64,000 bases of DNA from Eledone cirrhosa (lineage: Eukaryota), in contig OZ024756.1 of the NCBI GenBank assembly GCA_964016885.1, forward strand, positions 18,600,001-18,664,000, in the 5' to 3' direction. How positions within the stretch are numbered: the stretch's first letter is position 1; every line of letters starts with the position of its first letter. Below are positions 58,771-64,000 of this stretch, one piece after another. Below the pieces are notes generated by a model. It saw only the letters and a program-made list of their open reading frames with translations, made no database searches and had not been told where the DNA came from. A program made the translations under genes and the position numbers.

Positions 58771-59525
58771 GCTCTTACATGCACACATACAAACACATAA
58801 GCACGGACCTACACACACACATAAGCACAGACCTACACACACATATAAGCACATACCTACACACACATACACACACATAAGCACATACCTACACTCGCAT
58901 ACACACATATGCATTCATACAGAAGCACCCACATACACACACATAAACACATGCTTACACACACACACACACACATACACCCACACACATAAACATGCTT
59001 ACATACATACACACATACACCCACACACACACACATAAGCACATACCTTAACTCGCGGACACACACATACATACAAGAGCACCTACATACACACACATAA
59101 GCACATACCTACATTCACATACGTACGCATACACACAAGAGCACACACACACACACACATACATACAAGAGTACACACACACACACACATATATATATAC
59201 ACGTCATCTGTTTTTAGCCTGATGGGTTTTTATTTAATAAGATATACAGCTGTTAAGTGTTAATAACTCCCCCCCCCTCCACTCCACCGCTACCCTCTCT
59301 ACCACTAACCCGCCATCACATACATAATCATACACACTTGTATATACACACAGAGACATACATATACACACATACATACACACGTACGCATATACATATA
59401 TATACACATGCATACATATATATAGACGTACATGCATACATACACATACATATACACACATACATATATATATATATGTAAGTTTGGGAATAACCAAAGA
59501 GTGCTTAGAAATACATTGTTTTATT

Positions 59526-59572
59526 AGCTAACAGTGTTTCATCCATACCCTATGGCAGGAATCATCAGAGCT
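59526..59572 (-). ncRNA. Type I hammerhead ribozyme in an about 275-bp insert between (TA)n tracts
   Basis: Minus strand: agct CTGATGA ttcctg ccata-ggg-tatgg at GAAAC act GTT agct. Confidence 0.7.
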
Positions 59573-60046
59573 TATAAACAAAATTATATCAAAGGTTGCA
59601 GGCTCCATCAAGCTCAGTCACCAGAACAAGGATAAAGGACAAGTAGAGGGGTCCCAAGGCCATGCTATATAGAAAACACACAATACATGACGCACATAAT
59701 GTCATAACACGTCATAAAATGTGTGTGCACATTAATACACTTGTCAACGAATCTATATATATGTATACAGCTCACACCTATGCAGGTTTAGCTGGCCTCC
59801 TCCGAGGTATATCGCATTGGAGGTGTCTTGGGTAATTTAATGATAGGGACCCCAGTCCTATCATCTCATTTCTACAGCTGAGTATACTGGACCAACGTGA
59901 AATAAAGTGTCTTGCTCAAGGAAACAACACATCATCCGGTCCGCGAATTGAACTCACAACCTTTCGATTGCAAGCCCAATGCTTTAACCACTAAGCCATG
60001 CGCCTTTATATATATATATCAGGTATACATACATACATACATACAT

Positions 60047-60113
<67 letters not shown>

Positions 60114-60196
60114 TATAAAAGCTGTATTAATCATTATTCCACGTTCCGATGTTCGGGCGTTAGTGAAATTTGAAGCCATGACGGCGAGTGTTTTTC

Positions 60197-60263
60197 TTCA
60201 TCATCACCACCACCACCACCACCACCACCACCACCACCACTATCATCATCATAATCAGCACCA

Positions 60264-60296
<33 letters not shown>

Positions 60297-60403
60297 CCAT
60301 CATCATCATCACCATCATCATCATCACCATCATCATCATCACCAACACCACCACCACCACCATCATCATCATCACCACCACCACCACCACCACCACCACC
60401 ACC

Positions 60404-60437
<34 letters not shown>

Positions 60438-60622
60438 TCACCACCACCACCACCACCACCATCATCACCAACACCACCACCACCATCACCATCATCATCA
60501 CCATCACCACCACCACCACCACCACCATCACCACCACCACCACCACCACCACCACCATCACCAACACCACCAACACCACCACCATCATCACCACCACCAC
60601 CACCACCATCATCACCAACACC

Positions 60623-60653
<31 letters not shown>

Positions 60654-60697
60654 CCAACACCACCACCACCACCACCACCACCACCATCACCAACACC

Positions 60698-60728
<31 letters not shown>

Positions 60729-61325
60729 CCAACACCACCACCAGCACCACCACAAACAACAACACCATCACTACTACCATCATCATCATCATCATCATCA
60801 TGACCGTGTGTTAAAACCATCGTAGTGTTGTTTGGCGACGGTGGTGATGATGATGTTGATGACGATGGTGGTGGTCATGTTGATGATGGTGGTGGTGATG
60901 GTGGTGGTGATGATGGTGGTGGTTGTGGTGGTGGTGGTGGTGGTGATGTTGATGTTGATGTTAATGTTGATGATGGTGGTGGTGGTGGTGGTGGTGGTGG
61001 TGATGATGGTGGTGGTGGTGACGATGGTGATGATGATGATGATGGTGACGATGGTGATGGTGGTGGTGGTGATGGTGGTGGTGGTGATAGTGATGATGGT
61101 GGTGGTGGTGGTGACGATGGTGATGATGATGATGATGGTGGTGGTGATGATGGTGATGGTGATGGTGGTGGTGATGATGGTTGATGGTGGTGGTGGTGAC
61201 GGTGGTGGTGGTAGTGTTGTTGATGGTGGTAGTGATGGCAATGATGATGATGATGGTGGCGGTGGTAGTAATGATGGTGATGGTAGTGATGATGGCAGTG
61301 ATGATGATGGTGAGGGTGTGATGAT
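60197..61325. repeat. Opposed trinucleotide arrays: (CAC/CAT)n at 60197-60800 and (GGT/GAT)n at 60840-61325
   Basis: Direct reading. Confidence 0.93.
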
Positions 61326-61349
61326 AGTAAAGAACTAAAAGTGGATCAT

Positions 61350-62358
61350 ATGTATGTGTGTGCGTGTCTGTCTCTATATATGTGTGTGTGAGTATGTGTG
61401 TATGTATATACGTACGTCTGTCTGTGTGTGTGTGTGTGAGTATGTGTGTATGTATATACGTATGTCTGTCTGTGTGTGTGAGTATGTGTGCATGTATATA
61501 CGTATGTCTGTCTGTGTGTGTGTGAGTATGTGTGTATGTATATACGTATGTCTGTCTGTGTGTGTGTGAGTATGTGTGTATGTATATACGTATGTCTGTG
61601 TGTGTGTGAGTATGTGTGTATGTACATACGTATGTCTGTCTGTGTGCGTGTGTGTGAGTATGTGTATATATACATACGTATGTCTGTCTGTGTGTGTGTG
61701 TGTGTGAGTATGTGTGTATGTACATACGTATGTCTGTCTGTGTGCGTGTGTGTGAGTATGTGTATATATACATACGTATGTCTGTCTGTGTGTGTGTGTG
61801 AGAGTATGTGTGTATGTACATACGTATGTATGTGTGTGTATCTTATATATATATCTGCACATTTGTGTATCTGTGTGTCTATGTGTATGTATGTGTCTGT
61901 ATGTGTGTCTGTGTGACTATGTGAACATATGTGTATCTGTATGTATGTGTCTGGGTGTCTGTATGCATGTGTGTGTGTGTGTGTGTCTATGTGAACATGT
62001 GTGTGTGTGTCTATGTGTGTGTATGTGTGTGTGTGTGTCTATGTGAACATGTGTGTGTGTGTCTATGTGTGTGTATGTGTGTGTGTGTGTCTATGTGAAC
62101 ATGTGTGTGTGTGTGTGTCTGTCTATGTGAACATATGTATGTGTGTGTGTGTGTGTCTATGTATACATATATATGTGTGTGTTGGTCTATGTGTACATAT
62201 ATATATATGTGTGTGTGTGTGTCTGTGGACATATATATGTGTGCGTGTGTATGTGTCTATGTGAACATACGTGTGTGTGTGTGTGTGTGTCTATGTGAAC
62301 ATGTATGTGTGTGTGTGTACGTATGTGTGTGTGTGTATTTGAACATGTATGTGTATGC

Positions 62359-62390
<32 letters not shown>

Positions 62391-63679
62391 CTATGTGAAC
62401 AAGTGTGTGTGTGTGTATGTATGTGTGTGTGTGTGTATTTGAACATGTATGTATGTGTGTTTGTGTGTGTATGTCTATGTGAACATGTATGTGTGTGTGT
62501 ATGTATGTGTGTGTGTGTGTATTTGAACATGTATGTGTGTGTGTTTGTGTGTGTGTGTCTATGTGAACAAGTGTGTGTGTGTGTATGTATGTGTGTGTGT
62601 GTGTATTTGAACATGTATGTGTGTGTGTTTGTGTGTGTGTGTCTATGTGAACATGTATGTGTGTTTGTATGTATGTGTGTGTGTATTTGAACATGTATGT
62701 GTGTGTGTTTGTGTGTGTGTGTCTATGTGAACAAGTGTGTGTGTGTATGTATGTGTGTGTGTGTGTGTATTTGAACATGTATGTGTGTGTGTTTGTGTGT
62801 GTGTGTCTATGTGAACATGTATGTGTGTGTGTATGTATGTGTGTGTGTGTGTATTTGAACATGTATGTGTGTGCGTCTGTGTGTGTGTGTCTATGTGAAC
62901 AAGTGTGTGTGTGTGTATGTATGTGTATGTGTGTGTGTGTGTGTTTGAACATGTATGTGCGTGTGTTTGTGTGTGTGTGTGTCTATGTGAACAAGTGTGT
63001 GTGTTTGTATGTATGTGTGTGTGTGTGTATTTGAACATGTATGTATGTGTGTTTGTGTGTGTATGTCTATGTGAACATGTATGTGTGTTTGTATGTATGT
63101 GTGTGTGTGTGTATTTGAACATGTATGTGTGTGTGTGTGTGTGTCTATGTGAACATGTATATGTGTGTGTATGTATGTGTGTGTGTGTATTTGAACATGT
63201 ATGTGTGTGTGTTTGTGTGTGTGTGTCTATGGGAACAAGTGTGTGTGTGTGTATGTATGTGTATGTGTGTGTGTGTGTATTTGAACATGTATGTATGTGT
63301 GTTTGTGTGTGTGTGTCTATGTGAACATGTATGTGTGTTTGTATGTATGTGTGTCTGTGTGTATTTGAACATGTATGTGTGTGTGTTTGTGTGTGTGTGT
63401 CTATGTGAACATGTGTGTGTGTTTGTATGTATGTGTATGTGTGTGTGTGTATTTGAACATGTATGTATGTGTGTTTGTGTGTGTGTGTCTATGTGAACAA
63501 GTGTGTGTGTGTGTATGTATGTATGTGTGTGTATTTGAACATGTATGTGTGTGTGTATGTGTGTGTGTATTTGAACATGTATGTGTGTGTGTCTATGTGA
63601 ACAAGTGTGTGTGTGTGTGCATTTGAACATGTATGTGTGTGTGTTTCTGTGTGTGTGTCTATGTGAACATGTATGTGTG

Positions 63680-63712
<33 letters not shown>

Positions 63713-63960
63713 ATTTGAACATGTATGTATGTGTGTGTTTATGTGTGTGTGTGTCTATGTGAACAAGTGTGTGTGCGTGTATGTATGAATGTGTGTCTGT
63801 GTATTTGAACATGTATGTATGTGTGTTTGTGTGTGTGTGTCTATGTGAACATGTATGTGTGCGTGTATGTATGTGTGTGTGTGTGTGTGTATTTGAACAT
63901 GTATGTATGTGTGTGTTTATGTGTGTGTGTGTCTATGTGAACAAGTGTGTGTGTGTGTGA
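61350..63960. repeat. GT-rich compound minisatellite with recurring ctatgtgaaca and atttgaacat anchors
   Basis: Direct reading. Confidence 0.9.
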
Positions 63961-64000
63961 ATGATTGGAGCCTTATGCTAAAGAATTCCTTTCTGTTGAT

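Overview
Eukaryotic, AT-rich, microsatellite-saturated DNA with no confidently identifiable host gene. The SINE families and repeat landscape suggest an octopod cephalopod (inference). Almost all ORFs in the track are microsatellite translations. Real coding sequence is retroelement-derived: (i) a full-length Tx1-clade LINE with two open ORFs (43103-48920, minus) sitting in an (AAT)n tract; (ii) a disrupted RTE-clade LINE (about 41040-43020, minus); (iii) a 5'-truncated Penelope-like element (PLE) of Naiad type with a GIY-YIG domain, an inverted terminal copy and an unpaired tail (770-4050); (iv) an R4/Dong-like RT fragment at the left edge. Also present are many tRNA-derived SINEs, two non-autonomous Helitrons, RTE-derived non-autonomous elements in (ACAT)n, and a 78-bp SINE-seeded satellite with a 936-bp higher-order repeat. 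The most striking pattern is a population of more than 15 short (40-450 bp) inserts of several unrelated families lodged in or beside (TA)n tracts. Many are foldback palindromes with a one-sided tail, many contain type I hammerhead ribozyme (HHR) cores, and unrelated families share a small RCTC...GAGYNCT hairpin motif in the tail. Boundaries were read by eye and are approximate to a few bases unless stated.
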